From an uncultured Bacilli bacterium (GTDB lineage Bacteria > Bacillota_I > Bacilli_A > RF39 > UBA660): DNA of 64,000 bases. The DNA lies in contig CAJTZC010000007.1 of assembly GCA_910583745.1 (NCBI GenBank), forward strand, positions 1,163-65,162. Direction: 5' to 3'. Made by a program: the position numbers and the translations under genes. The notes below the pieces were generated by a model that searched no databases, was not told the origin of the DNA, and saw nothing but the letters and a program-made list of their open reading frames with translations. This document shows, in pieces, positions 30,228 through 39,925 of the stretch; position 1 is the first letter of the stretch, and each line of letters starts with the position of its first letter.

Positions 30228-30511
30228 TTGAACAACTTATTAAAAATGCTTCCTTCTGTACTTTTGGCATTGTCATCGAGATAGGAGACACTGTCGATGT
30301 GACCTTTAATCGATACATTTCCTTCTAGAGTATCTAGTTTTATCATTTCGAGTCCAGAACCTTTTATCAGCATGCCGCCCAAATTTGTGTTTAGCAAGAA
30401 TTCTTCATTGTCGAAACTTTCTATTTTACGAACCCCCGTTATGACAATGCTTTTTCTTTCATTTAGACTAACTATGTGGTTTACGCTGGTGTTTTCTACT
30501 ATTCTATCCAT
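30224..30511 (-). CDS. yabP: sporulation protein YabP
   Basis: 95-aa protein (VSLNERKSIVITGVRKIESFDNEEF...LIKGSGLEM) typical of the YabP family. Confidence 0.75.
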   Translation of the reverse strand: MDRIVENTSVNHIVSLNERKSIVITGVRKIESFDNEEFLLNTNLGGMLIKGSGLEMIKLDTLEGNVSIKGHIDSVSYLDDNAKSTEGSIFNKLFK

Positions 30512-30551
30512 GATTTATCACCTACACCATTATATGAAAAAAAGAAGATAA

Positions 30552-30851
30552 TTAGTCTTCTTTTTCCTCTGTTTGGTCTTCATCAGGTAAATCTTTTATT
30601 CTGTTGTATTCCTCTATAATCGCATCGTTGAACATTGCTCTCGTTTCTTCGTTTACAGGATGACAAGAATCGTGATATTGACCGTCCAATCCTTTTTTGC
30701 TTGGCATTGCTGCAAATAGAGAACCGTCTGCTCTTTCGATAATTCTGATGTGTTCGATTGCGAAGCAGTCATCTAATTCGACGTATGCAGAACCTTTCAT
30801 TCTAGGATTTCCATTTTCGACTTTACGTACTGATACTTTTGTTATCTTCAT
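30552..30851 (-). CDS. spoVG: septation/regulatory protein SpoVG
   Basis: 99-aa protein MKITKVSVRKVENGNPRMKGSAYVELDDCFAIEHIRIIE, strongly SpoVG-like. Confidence 0.92.
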   Translation of the reverse strand: MKITKVSVRKVENGNPRMKGSAYVELDDCFAIEHIRIIERADGSLFAAMPSKKGLDGQYHDSCHPVNEETRAMFNDAIIEEYNRIKDLPDEDQTEEKED

Positions 30852-30956
30852 AATACACTCTCTTTCTAAGTCTTAACTATCTTCATTTTATAATATATGA
30901 GGGAAAATTGCAAGAAAATTCTCTATTTAATCGAATATAACTCGTCTTGAAATATA

Positions 30957-32394
30957 TTAAGGATTGTAGTTTTTCATCAGCATCTTAGGCAACACTTTTT
31001 TTATTTTAGATGAACAATATCTAGTTACCAATATATTGAGAAGGACTGCTAAGACTAAGATGAGAAGTATTCGACCTGGTTTTATCGGTACTAAGTTCAT
31101 ATAGAAACCCAAGGAATTTTTAGCGATGTAATCTATCGGGAATTTTGTGACAATAAAGATGAGTGTTGCATACATAAATGTCGAGCATGTAATTATTAGT
31201 GATTCGATTAAGAATGTCGCCATGATTTTAATATTAGAAATTCCGAACGTTTTGAGAAAACCGATTTCTTTTTTATGGGTATCGATGCTGTCTAAAATAT
31301 AATTTGTGAGGAATATAACAGTGAGTATTTCTACAAATATTTGGAATGTAGATAAAATGTAAGTGTACTCTTTTACGGTCTCTTCTATGAGTTTATATGC
31401 AGGTTTTATTTTTTTATTTACTGTATTTGTTTTTAATTCGGATTTATTTTCCGCTAAAAATTTCATACCACGATTTAAGTTTGTCGAGACCGTCTCCGGC
31501 GATTTCTTTGATAAGTGACCACGTAAGTCCAAAATTTTTCTTCATTGTGGCAAATCCTTTTTTAGCTGTTTCGCATGCGTCTCCATTCGTCTCGCATACT
31601 TTTGTTGCCACATCTAGATAAGCTTTTACAATTTCGTTTTTTATATTTGTATAAACTTTGTTCGTAGTTGAAGTGATGCTTTCTTTATAGTCTGGGAAAT
31701 ACTTCTCTATTTTTTCATCAAAATAAAGTGCTGCGTTTAGTACTTTTAATTTGGCACTTAAGGTTAAATCTTTGAACTTTTGTCCCTTTATAGTACCATC
31801 ATAGAAGATGAAGTCTACGACTGTGATAAATCCGTTTTTTAAATCTTCTTTTATCGATGAAGCAGAAAATTCTTTCTCTAATTTCTCTACGTATTCGAGG
31901 ACGTCTTCGTCTGCAGAATTTTTATCTGCTTTTTCGGTCGTTTTATTTTCAATTTTTTTTGTGGTTGTCGATTTTGTTTCATTTGGTACAGTCGGCTCTG
32001 TTTTTTCTTCTTCAACATTGGTGTTACTCTTTAACAAAATGATGTCTTTTGCCATAATCGTCTTTAGAACACTGTCTTCGTCGATGTCCTTATCTCTATA
32101 AATAATTCTAATTTCGTCTCCGATTGCAAAGCTATCGACGACATTTTGTATTAGGTAATCTTCACTCGTATTTTCTACGATGATGTATTTTTCTCCTACA
32201 ACAATGATTTTTCCTGTCATTTCGTTTTCATGATTTTTACCAATGGTTACTAGATATATAATTATAGCGATAAGGAAAATTGTTATCGATGATAATGTGA
32301 TTAGTAAAATGTTTTTTGTTTGATTGCTCATATGAATGCACCTCCAGAGGTATGTCTTTGTGTAGATTATATGGCAATTGTCGTTTTTTTGCAA
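30957..32394 (-). pseudogene. FtsX/DUF1430-like ABC permease split by a frameshift into 316-aa and 191-aa ORFs
   Basis: The upstream ORF has one N-terminal TM plus a ~280-aa extracytoplasmic domain. The downstream ORF has the 3-4 TM FtsX-type C-terminal domain (GFLKTFGISNIKIM). The two overlap by 89 nt in different frames (31444-31532). Confidence 0.55.
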
Positions 32395-32400
32395 TATGTA

Positions 32401-33138
32401 TCAATTTATTTTTAATTTATCTAAATCACTTATGCGTTTGTCTTCTTTAGAACTCAGTAAAATAGAAATTATTAAAATAATGATTAATGTGATGAGTAAT
32501 CTGTAATCTATTTGGTAGATGTTGTAATAAGTTTGAATTGTACCTACATAGCTCAAAAGGAAATAGGAAAAATAGGTGGCATTGTAAGCTATAAAGAATA
32601 GCGAACTGTAGATGAGTCCATATATGATTCCTAATAACATCAGTACTCTGTTTTTTTGAAAGCCCATGATTTTATAAAGCGATAAGTCTTTTTGAATGCT
32701 TAGTAAATAGTTTAATGTAAAGATAAAGACGAGCGTAAAAATTGTAAAAATAATTATAACGGAGATTATCTTAAATATAATCGAATTGTTTTCTGTGTTT
32801 GATACTTGCACACTTTGGGTCCCTATTTCTTGAGCGTATTGGCATTCTTCCATAAATCTATTTCGTTCTTCGTATGTGAGGAAAATGACCATAAACTTTC
32901 CATCTTCTAGTATATCTGCAGCTTCTATTTCGTATTCTTTTAAATAAGAATAATCTTCCGTTTTACTCTTAAAGTATAATGTTCTGTAGTCTGCTTTTTT
33001 AAATTCCTCTTTGACCAAATTTTCTTGGTATCTTAATAAAAGAGTTATGGCGGAATATCCGAGTAATAATATAAATATAATGAGACAATTTCGGAAAAGT
33101 AATTTTTTGTCTGTTAGTCCTTTTAAAATTAACTTCAT
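32401..33138 (-). CDS. bacteriocin-associated membrane protein, short FtsX/DUF1430-like paralogue
   Basis: 245-aa protein with an N-terminal TM and a C-terminal helix cluster. Its YKIMGFQKNR motif resembles LYKALGFTKKD of the neighbouring permease. Confidence 0.5.
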   Translation of the reverse strand: MKLILKGLTDKKLLFRNCLIIFILLLGYSAITLLLRYQENLVKEEFKKADYRTLYFKSKTEDYSYLKEYEIEAADILEDGKFMVIFLTYEERNRFMEECQYAQEIGTQSVQVSNTENNSIIFKIISVIIIFTIFTLVFIFTLNYLLSIQKDLSLYKIMGFQKNRVLMLLGIIYGLIYSSLFFIAYNATYFSYFLLSYVGTIQTYYNIYQIDYRLLITLIIILIISILLSSKEDKRISDLDKLKIN

Positions 33139-33142
33139 TGTT

Positions 33143-34354
33143 TTACTCCTTTGTAAGTTCTTTGACTGTGAATCTGTCGATGATTTTTGTATGACGTTTT
33201 ATTAGGTAGTATATTATTGTAAATAGAATTGCTAGGAAAATCGTTGTAGCTATTAAATCGATTTTAACAATGTTGGTAATATACGCCTGTGCTGAGTAAT
33301 AGTAGTATATTCTCAATGCAATTGCTCCTATAAAAGTTACGATTAGCACGATGGACAGAGCTAGAATAAAGGACTGCAAAATTTGAAATAATATTACTTT
33401 TTGGGTGTCTTTTTTGGTAAAACCTAATGCTTTATAAAGTGTCATCGTTTTGTAATTTTCTTTTATATAATTTTTTAAATAGATTATAAATATGAATATA
33501 TTGATTATCATTATTATGATGGCTTCGATTGTGATTATAGCAAGTAATTTTTTATCAAAAGTTAAGTCGCGGGTAAAAGTTACTAGAGTTAACCCTGAGA
33601 GTGCTTTTACTGTTTTTTCAATATCAAAATTGCTTTTTAAATATATGTTCCCTCCCCAACTTTTGTTCCAGACTTCTATTATTTCTGGAATCATTTTGTC
33701 AAATTCACTTTCTTTAATATAGCAAGTCTGTGGAGACATGGTTATTTCTGAATTAAAAGTTCCTACTAGTTTATATTCTCTTTCGATATAATCTTTTACA
33801 AAGCCTCCCGCTTTATGTTTTCTAAATCGAACTTGGAGAGTCGTGCCTATATAGTCTTTCATGTCAAAGCTATTATTAATTCCTCCTGCATTTTCTGAAG
33901 CAGGAGCAAAGAATAATTTTTTTGAACAGATTATTTCATCCTCGTTTTTTAGGTTTCTTCCATCGATGATTACTTCGTTGTCTGGCGAATTATAAGGAAT
34001 TGCACTTTTGACTGTTAATAGAACATTCGTCGGCATTTTGGGAAGGTTTAGCATGTTTATTTCATAGTATGGGACATCCTGTTCCAAGAATTTAACGACA
34101 TAGTCTGTTTCACGGACAAGCTTTTTAACTCTTTCTAATTCTTCTTCACTATGTGGTCTTACTCCTACCCCCCTAGTTTGGTATTCATTTTTTAACAGGC
34201 TGTTGAGTTTATTGCTCGACGATTTATGGTATGAAAATGGAAGTATAATCATAAAAAGCATTATTGTTATTACAGATGTTAAGATTATGTGTCTTACTCT
34301 TCTTTTTTTATTGTTTTTCTTTGCTAACTTAAACGCATCTTTATTTGATATCAT
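33143..34354 (-). CDS. FtsX-like/DUF1430 ABC permease (bacteriocin immunity/export-associated)
   Basis: 403-aa protein with a TM1, large extracytoplasmic domain, 3 C-terminal TMs topology. It is translationally coupled to the upstream ATPase. Confidence 0.7.
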   Translation of the reverse strand: MISNKDAFKLAKKNNKKRRVRHIILTSVITIMLFMIILPFSYHKSSSNKLNSLLKNEYQTRGVGVRPHSEEELERVKKLVRETDYVVKFLEQDVPYYEINMLNLPKMPTNVLLTVKSAIPYNSPDNEVIIDGRNLKNEDEIICSKKLFFAPASENAGGINNSFDMKDYIGTTLQVRFRKHKAGGFVKDYIEREYKLVGTFNSEITMSPQTCYIKESEFDKMIPEIIEVWNKSWGGNIYLKSNFDIEKTVKALSGLTLVTFTRDLTFDKKLLAIITIEAIIIMIINIFIFIIYLKNYIKENYKTMTLYKALGFTKKDTQKVILFQILQSFILALSIVLIVTFIGAIALRIYYYYSAQAYITNIVKIDLIATTIFLAILFTIIYYLIKRHTKIIDRFTVKELTKE

Positions 34355-35015
34355 CGCTTAACACCCCATCATTTAAGAAGAAAATTTTGTCAGCATAGTT
34401 TTTTATAATTTCATTGTGTGATACGACTATGACATACTTTCCTTCTTTACTTATGTTTTTTAACATTTTAAACACTTCTATTTCTGTTTTGGAATCTAGA
34501 TTTCCCGTCGGCTCATCGGCGATGATTATCTGTGGGTCATTGATGAGAGCTCTTGCGATGGCTACTCTTTGACATTCGCCTCCTGATAATTCATGAGGAT
34601 AATGGTTTACCCTGCCTTTGAGACCTAGTTTGTCTAGAAGCTCGATTGCTTTTTTTATTCTTTCTTCCTTTTTTATATCGTTGTTTATCAGTGTTGGCAA
34701 GATTACATTTTCGAGGGCTGTAAGTTTATCTTCTAAATAATACGATTGAAACACAAAACCTATATGTCGATTTCTGAATAACGCTTGTTCTTTTTCAGAT
34801 AAATGTAAAACATCTGTTTCCTCGATTTTATAGGTTCCATGTGTCGGTCTGTCCATAAGGCCCAGAATATTTATGAGGGTGGTTTTACCACTTCCGCTTC
34901 GGCCCATGATAGCTGTAAGTTCCCCTTTTTGAAAGCTTACTGTTATGTCTTTCAGAGCTTGTACTTCGTTCATCTTTCCTCGATTGTAAATTTTGGTGAT
35001 ATTTTCTAATTTCAT
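34341..35015 (-). CDS. ABC transporter ATP-binding protein (MacB/LolD-like)
   Basis: 224-aa protein with Walker A GRSGSGKTT, signature LSGGECQRVAIARAL and Walker B IIIADEPT. Confidence 0.9.
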   Translation of the reverse strand: MKLENITKIYNRGKMNEVQALKDITVSFQKGELTAIMGRSGSGKTTLINILGLMDRPTHGTYKIEETDVLHLSEKEQALFRNRHIGFVFQSYYLEDKLTALENVILPTLINNDIKKEERIKKAIELLDKLGLKGRVNHYPHELSGGECQRVAIARALINDPQIIIADEPTGNLDSKTEIEVFKMLKNISKEGKYVIVVSHNEIIKNYADKIFFLNDGVLSDDIK

Positions 35016-35059
35016 TTTACACTTCTCTTTCTTTTTGTTTTTAATTTTTTTAATGAAAC

Positions 35060-35082
35060 TAAGGGTGATTGTATCACCCTTA
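35060..35082 (-). terminator. intergenic hairpin between the bacteriocin gene and the ABC genes (possible attenuator)
   Basis: Perfect 9-bp stem TAAGGGTGA-TTGTA-TCACCCTTA followed by a weakly U-rich tract. Confidence 0.35.
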
Positions 35083-35087
35083 ATCCT

Positions 35088-35510
35088 TTAATCTTTCCAG
35101 TAATTGTATCTGACATTAATGCCGCCTTTTACATGATCTCCGTAAGTCTTAGTAACGTATTCATATTCTCCTGTTGCTAATGAAGCAGATTTTGTTTCAC
35201 TTTCTCCAGCAGTTGGCGAATAAATTATGACTTCAGTTTGTTTTTGCATAATGCCAAACAACATTTTTTTGTTTGCTGTTAGATTAACGTAACTTATTTC
35301 TGCATTTCTTCCGTCCGAAGCATCTACATAAAGATTTAATTCTTGTTTAGCAGAAACTGTGTTGACATTTTTATCGCCTTTTGCACTATATCCAGGATTT
35401 AAATCAAATTGATAAAAATATAGAGAGAATCCGCTGTCAGCTAGTGCTACTAATGGTAAAATTAATAAAGCTATTCCACTTATTGCTAATGCAATATACC
35501 ATTTTTTCAT
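35088..35510 (-). CDS. secreted lactococcin-972-family bacteriocin-like protein
   Basis: 140-aa protein with the signal peptide MKKWYIALAISGIALLILPLVALA. The mature part is Ser/Thr/Tyr-rich and beta-rich and ends ...VRYNYWKD (Lcn972 ends ...FYYNFW). It is followed by an ABC ATPase plus DUF1430-type permeases as in Lcn972 loci. Confidence 0.5.
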   Translation of the reverse strand: MKKWYIALAISGIALLILPLVALADSGFSLYFYQFDLNPGYSAKGDKNVNTVSAKQELNLYVDASDGRNAEISYVNLTANKKMLFGIMQKQTEVIIYSPTAGESETKSASLATGEYEYVTKTYGDHVKGGINVRYNYWKD

Positions 35511-35861
35511 AGTTGTTCTCCTTTCTAGTTAAACGACATATTAGCAAGTGTACACAAATAAAATTGTTCGTTTACATTTTTATTTTATGCACTTACTTGC
35601 TATAAGGCAAGTTCTTTCGCCCGCTTTTTGTCTCGTTTAAGTAGCATAAATTGTTTTAATAAAAAAATGCATAATAAATTTATATGATAAATTAAACGTA
35701 CTATTATAGTTTTTTTAATTAAATCACATGTGCAAGTTAAAATTTGAATGTTTTTCTTCCATGAAAAAAGACTAAAAAAATTAGTTTTTTAAGTTTTCAA
35801 CAGGACAATCTTTATTTGTAATATTTAAATTGTATTAAAATGTAGTTTAATTTTTTTAATT

Positions 35862-36096
35862 AGCTTCATTGATTTACTCCTTTGTCAGTTCTTTGACTGT
35901 GAATCTGTCGATGATTTTTGTATGACGTTTTATTAGGTAGAATATTATAGTAAATAGAATCGCTAGAAAAATCGTTGTTACGAATCCTTCCGCTTTATGT
36001 TTTTTGAAACGAACTTGGAGAGTCGTACCTATATAGTCTTTCATGTCAAAGCTGTTATTAATTCCCCCTGCATTTTCTGAAGGTGGAGCAAAATAG
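35862..36096 (-). pseudogene. remnant of a second permease gene copy with an internal deletion
   Basis: 35862-35989 is ~90% identical to 33131-33258, the 3' end of the 403-aa permease plus the start of the next gene (MKL...). 35990-36096 matches 33800-33908, an internal permease segment. About 540 bp between the two pieces is missing. Confidence 0.7.
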
Positions 36097-36356
36097 GTTC
36101 TATCTTAATCTTTCCTTGCGGTATTGTTTCTCTTTAAATTTCATTTTCTCTTTTGGTTATTTATACCTTATGTCAATATATCTTTCTTCAATAGTAATGA
36201 ATTTTAACAATTAAGTCTATATTCAATGATTTATTCTTAAAAAAATTTTTTATGCTTTAAGTTTAAATATCCTAATGCTTTCTTATATTTTTATAAATAA
36301 AAACTTCGTTTCCAAAGTTAAAAACGAGGTTTTATCTATTAATAGTTTAGTTTATT

Positions 36357-36569
36357 TTAAATAAAAGTAATTTCAACATCTTTGCTGATAAGTTCTGAAT
36401 AACTAAAACTTCGTATTGAGTCTGCAAGTTCCACGGTAAATATTTGTGGATAAATTTCTTTAAGCGTTCCAATGAATTTATCTGTTTTATTACGCATTCC
36501 ATAAACTTTTACCATCACTCTCTCGCCCTTATGTGGTAAGAGATTTTCTCTTATTACAAGTGGATTCAT
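36357..36569 (-). CDS. veg: Veg protein (DUF1021)
   Basis: 70-aa protein aligning with B. subtilis Veg (...YPQIFTVELADS..SFSYSELISKDVEITF). It lies downstream of yabG as in Bacillus. Confidence 0.8.
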   Translation of the reverse strand: MNPLVIRENLLPHKGERVMVKVYGMRNKTDKFIGTLKEIYPQIFTVELADSIRSFSYSELISKDVEITFI

Positions 36570-37345
36570 TGTCTAGGGTAACCGACATACATGACGCCGT
36601 TTCCCATTATTCCCCCCATTCCATCTCGACCGTATTTGGTCCTTTCTAATAGTTCTAGCAAGTCAATTTCCTCATTTCTTTTGGTTAATGCAACAGCGAC
36701 AGCGATGATTGCTGGGTCTAATGCATGTATGTTGACGCGTTTGGGACTCGATGCATAGTTCGCTCCTGCTTTTATTATCTCTTCGTAGTTGCTTTGGCAA
36801 GCTCCGGCAATGATTATCAATTTTTCATGGCTCGATTCGTAGTTTCTAGCAGCACGAACACTCTTTATAAAATTAAGTGAGTTTTGGTAGTTTTTTGAAT
36901 CGTGTTCATTTCCCTTTTTTTTAAAGTAAGCGTCGTGTCCGGTGATGATTACTATGTCTGGTTTGTATTCGACTAAGTACCTTCCTATGCAATTTGGCAA
37001 ATCACTTTCTTTTACATTTTTTCCCACCGCTTTGACTCCCGTTTTATCATAGAAGTCTAAGCAGCGGTTAAGATAATCAGCGTCGCCATCGAAATGCAAA
37101 ATTTTGCCAGGTAGATAAAAAAATTCGTCTCTGTCTAAAAGTAGACAGTCGCGAACTCTTTCCGTGTAATCTTCTTTATCAGCTTCCACGATTACTTTCT
37201 CTAAATCTAGAAGTGGACTGTCAGCATATAACCGGACGTCTACACCTTTTAGGTAATAAACACCATTTTGAATGTTTAAAACTTTAAATACTGTGTCGTG
37301 ATTATAACTCTTTCTCGTGACGAGGTCCCCTTTTTTAATTTCCAT
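36566..37345 (-). CDS. yabG: sporulation-specific protease YabG
   Basis: 259-aa protein with the conserved YabG core (DIVIITGHDAY...IIAGACQSNYE...HALDP). Confidence 0.8.
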   Translation of the reverse strand: MEIKKGDLVTRKSYNHDTVFKVLNIQNGVYYLKGVDVRLYADSPLLDLEKVIVEADKEDYTERVRDCLLLDRDEFFYLPGKILHFDGDADYLNRCLDFYDKTGVKAVGKNVKESDLPNCIGRYLVEYKPDIVIITGHDAYFKKKGNEHDSKNYQNSLNFIKSVRAARNYESSHEKLIIIAGACQSNYEEIIKAGANYASSPKRVNIHALDPAIIAVAVALTKRNEEIDLLELLERTKYGRDGMGGIMGNGVMYVGYPRQ

Positions 37346-37689
37346 TTTATAACACCCGTTTAAACATATGAGTAAAACTCTTTTTATATGCTTAAGAATT
37401 TTTTGGAATCAAACATAATGTTTCATATAATCTTTCATAAAAAATAAAAGCTTTTTAATCTATACAATTAAATAATAAAATGCGTCTTTTTTGCGACAGA
37501 ATGCGCCGAATTATGTACAGACAAAAGGAATAAAAAATGTTATTTTAGATATGTAAGACATCAAGAGTAGTCGTAGTGGCTTCAAAATAGAAGGCGAAAT
37601 AAAAGAAAATATATTATAAAACAAAAATAAGGGAATTTTTTAGAAAGAGGTAACCTGAAAACAAAAAATAAATTTATTTTAGAAAAAAT

Positions 37690-38960
37690 AAAAAAAGGGC
37701 TGACTTCCCCTTACCCCAAGTTAAAATCAAAATTTAACTATTCAATTAAGGCATTCAGATTGATTAAATTAATCAGTTCATTAGATGTAAGACCTAAAGA
37801 TAATAATTGTTTAAGAGATTGATTAAGATTATTTTTAGTGTATTTAATTCTATCTTCATCAGATGTTTCTGCAGCTGCTAAATCAGTAGGATTCCAAGTT
37901 TTTCCCGTTGATAACATATGATAGATAGCAACTAAAATCTTTCTAGCAATTGCAATATAAGTACGTTTTTTACCACGACGTTTAGAAATTTTATCAAATT
38001 TATCTGCATAATAAGTGTTAGTTTTATCTTTAACAGCAGATTCATTACATCCAGGAGCAAGACCAGCCCAAGCTGATAAACGATAGTGATTAGAAAATTG
38101 GGACATATCAACACCAATTTCTGAAATAATCGTAATTGCAGAATTTCTATTAATACCAGGAATAGTCATGAGAAGATTTGCAATGTTTATCTAAAGAGTT
38201 TATAATATCTTCATCTGAGAAAGAATCATCGCTAATGATGGTATTAATAATAGATTGACTAGATTTACCAAAAATATCAGAAAATACCATATCTAACTTG
38301 CAATTACCAACAGTAAGAGCATTAGTATATCTATTTTTCTCAGATGTTCTATTACAGGTAAGTTTGTAAATATAACGGGTAAATTCTCTCAAGATTCTAA
38401 AATCTTTTGATGGAATAAAACTAGAACGGACAATACCTAATTTAAACAAGTCTGCAATCCATTTTGCATCCTTGTTATCGTCTTTCTCACCTTTGATAAC
38501 TGCTACCCATTTAGGATTGGCAACGACGACATTAGAAATATAATCTTCTAATGCATTGTATACAGGAATATAGTACTTACCCGTAGATTCCATACATACA
38601 TTATCACAGTCGTTTTCTATTAACCAATTTCTAAATTCGATTAGAGAATTATTAAAGGTAGAAAAACGTTTTTTTAGATATCTAGGTGTTTGGTTAGATG
38701 AATCACAGATTACAGCAACAATAAAAGATTTGTGAACATCAACGCCACATGCTTTTGAATAAATAACTTTCATATAAATTTCCTTTCAAAAAAATTTTGA
38801 GGGAGTGAGTTGTCTATGCAGTTAACACTAAGAATTAACTAAAGTCAATGATTAACCTACAGCCTCAAAAGGACTACTTATGCGTGCTTGAAATAACTGC
38901 ATTTGCACTGCTTAAAATACTGATTTAATCTGTGAGTTACAGGAAGTCTGCAACTCCTCC
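37690..38960 (-). mobile_element. IS110-family insertion sequence; boundaries approximate
   Basis: It contains a DEDD-type N-terminal transposase domain and a C-terminal Transposase_20 domain. The ~190-bp 5' region is more GC-rich than its surroundings. I saw no terminal inverted repeats, as is usual for IS110. Confidence 0.6.
37738..38773 (-). pseudogene. IS110-family transposase split into 207-aa and 143-aa ORFs by a frameshift near 38150-38170
   Basis: The N-terminal ORF MKVIYSKACGVDVHKSFIV has the DEDD motif start. The C-terminal ORF carries the Transposase_20 core. The two overlap by 20 nt. IS110 is not known to use programmed frameshifting. Confidence 0.6.
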
Positions 38961-39077
38961 TCCCGTGCTTTGTAGAACACACTCCTTCAGGGTTGTATTA
39001 TATAGAAAAATAAATTTATTACAAGTTTTCTTAGCTATGTGTGCCTTAAAGGCGAGCCTCTAGCGAGGCAGAAAGGA

Positions 39078-39830
39078 ATGAAGCTTAAAATGAAAAGAAA
39101 AATTATATTATCATCACTCATAGCGATTGGCATGGGAGTAAACTTAACTATTGTTGAAGCGAAAGATTGCACAGAAATATATGCAGCTCCACATGTATAT
39201 CAAGTGGCACCTTATGTGAATACTACACGGGATGGTTTATATACGTCATACGATAGTTGTTATGGTTCAAATACAGAAGTATGGTTTAGTGATATGACTC
39301 ATTTTTGCGCGACTTTAAGTGCTTTATTATTTGAATACGCCGATGGGAATCAAGAAGCGCTGGACACACTTTCAAACATATATGCAGGTTGGGGTGGAGA
39401 TGTGTTAAGTTTCACTGCTAATATTGAAAAAGCTCAAAAAGATGGCGAAAAAGATTTATTAGACTGGGCAAAAAAGAAAATAGGTACTAGTGGCACGAGA
39501 TTTTCTCGCTCTGATTACTGTGCAGATATTGATGCTATAAATATATCTAGGAAAATTAAAAACGGAATATCTTTACCAATAGCCTTCAAGACGTATTTTA
39601 AACCTTTATTTAGTAGTGAAACGCCAGAAGCGTTAAAGAGAACTGGTATATGGTTCCCGGTAATGGGAAATTCCTATTTTGATGAAATTTGTGAACTCTT
39701 AAAACAAGATGAAACAAGAATTTTTGCAAACTTATTAGCAAAATCTGATGGAGTTAATTCAAAATATATATCAATAGCAATAGATGCATTTAAATATTAC
39801 GTTAATAAAGAATATGTTGCAGGAAGATAA
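39078..39830 (+). CDS. secreted protein of unknown function (signal peptide, 4 Cys)
   Basis: The RBS AAAGGA precedes ATG at 39078. The signal peptide is MKLKMKRKIILSSLIAIGMGVNLTIVEA. I recognised no family motif. Confidence 0.5.
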   Translation: MKLKMKRKIILSSLIAIGMGVNLTIVEAKDCTEIYAAPHVYQVAPYVNTTRDGLYTSYDSCYGSNTEVWFSDMTHFCATLSALLFEYADGNQEALDTLSNIYAGWGGDVLSFTANIEKAQKDGEKDLLDWAKKKIGTSGTRFSRSDYCADIDAINISRKIKNGISLPIAFKTYFKPLFSSETPEALKRTGIWFPVMGNSYFDEICELLKQDETRIFANLLAKSDGVNSKYISIAIDAFKYYVNKEYVAGR

Positions 39831-39925
39831 GCCTGCTTCTTTATTTAATGCTCAAAGTCCTTAAAAATTGCACTAGACATAAATTACGGAACTCGGTATA
39901 CTACAAAGTACAAAGAGGTGCTTTT

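Noticed and set aside
31444-31532. The 89-nt overlap treated as two genuinely separate genes
   Set aside because: The two products are the N- and C-terminal halves of one FtsX-type topology seen intact in the neighbouring paralogue. A frameshift pseudogene or sequencing error is the simpler explanation.
38800-39040. A structured ncRNA or tRNA in the GC-richer stretch upstream of the IS110 transposase
   Set aside because: It has no tRNA cloverleaf or T-loop consensus. It is more likely the IS110 5' non-coding region or promoter.
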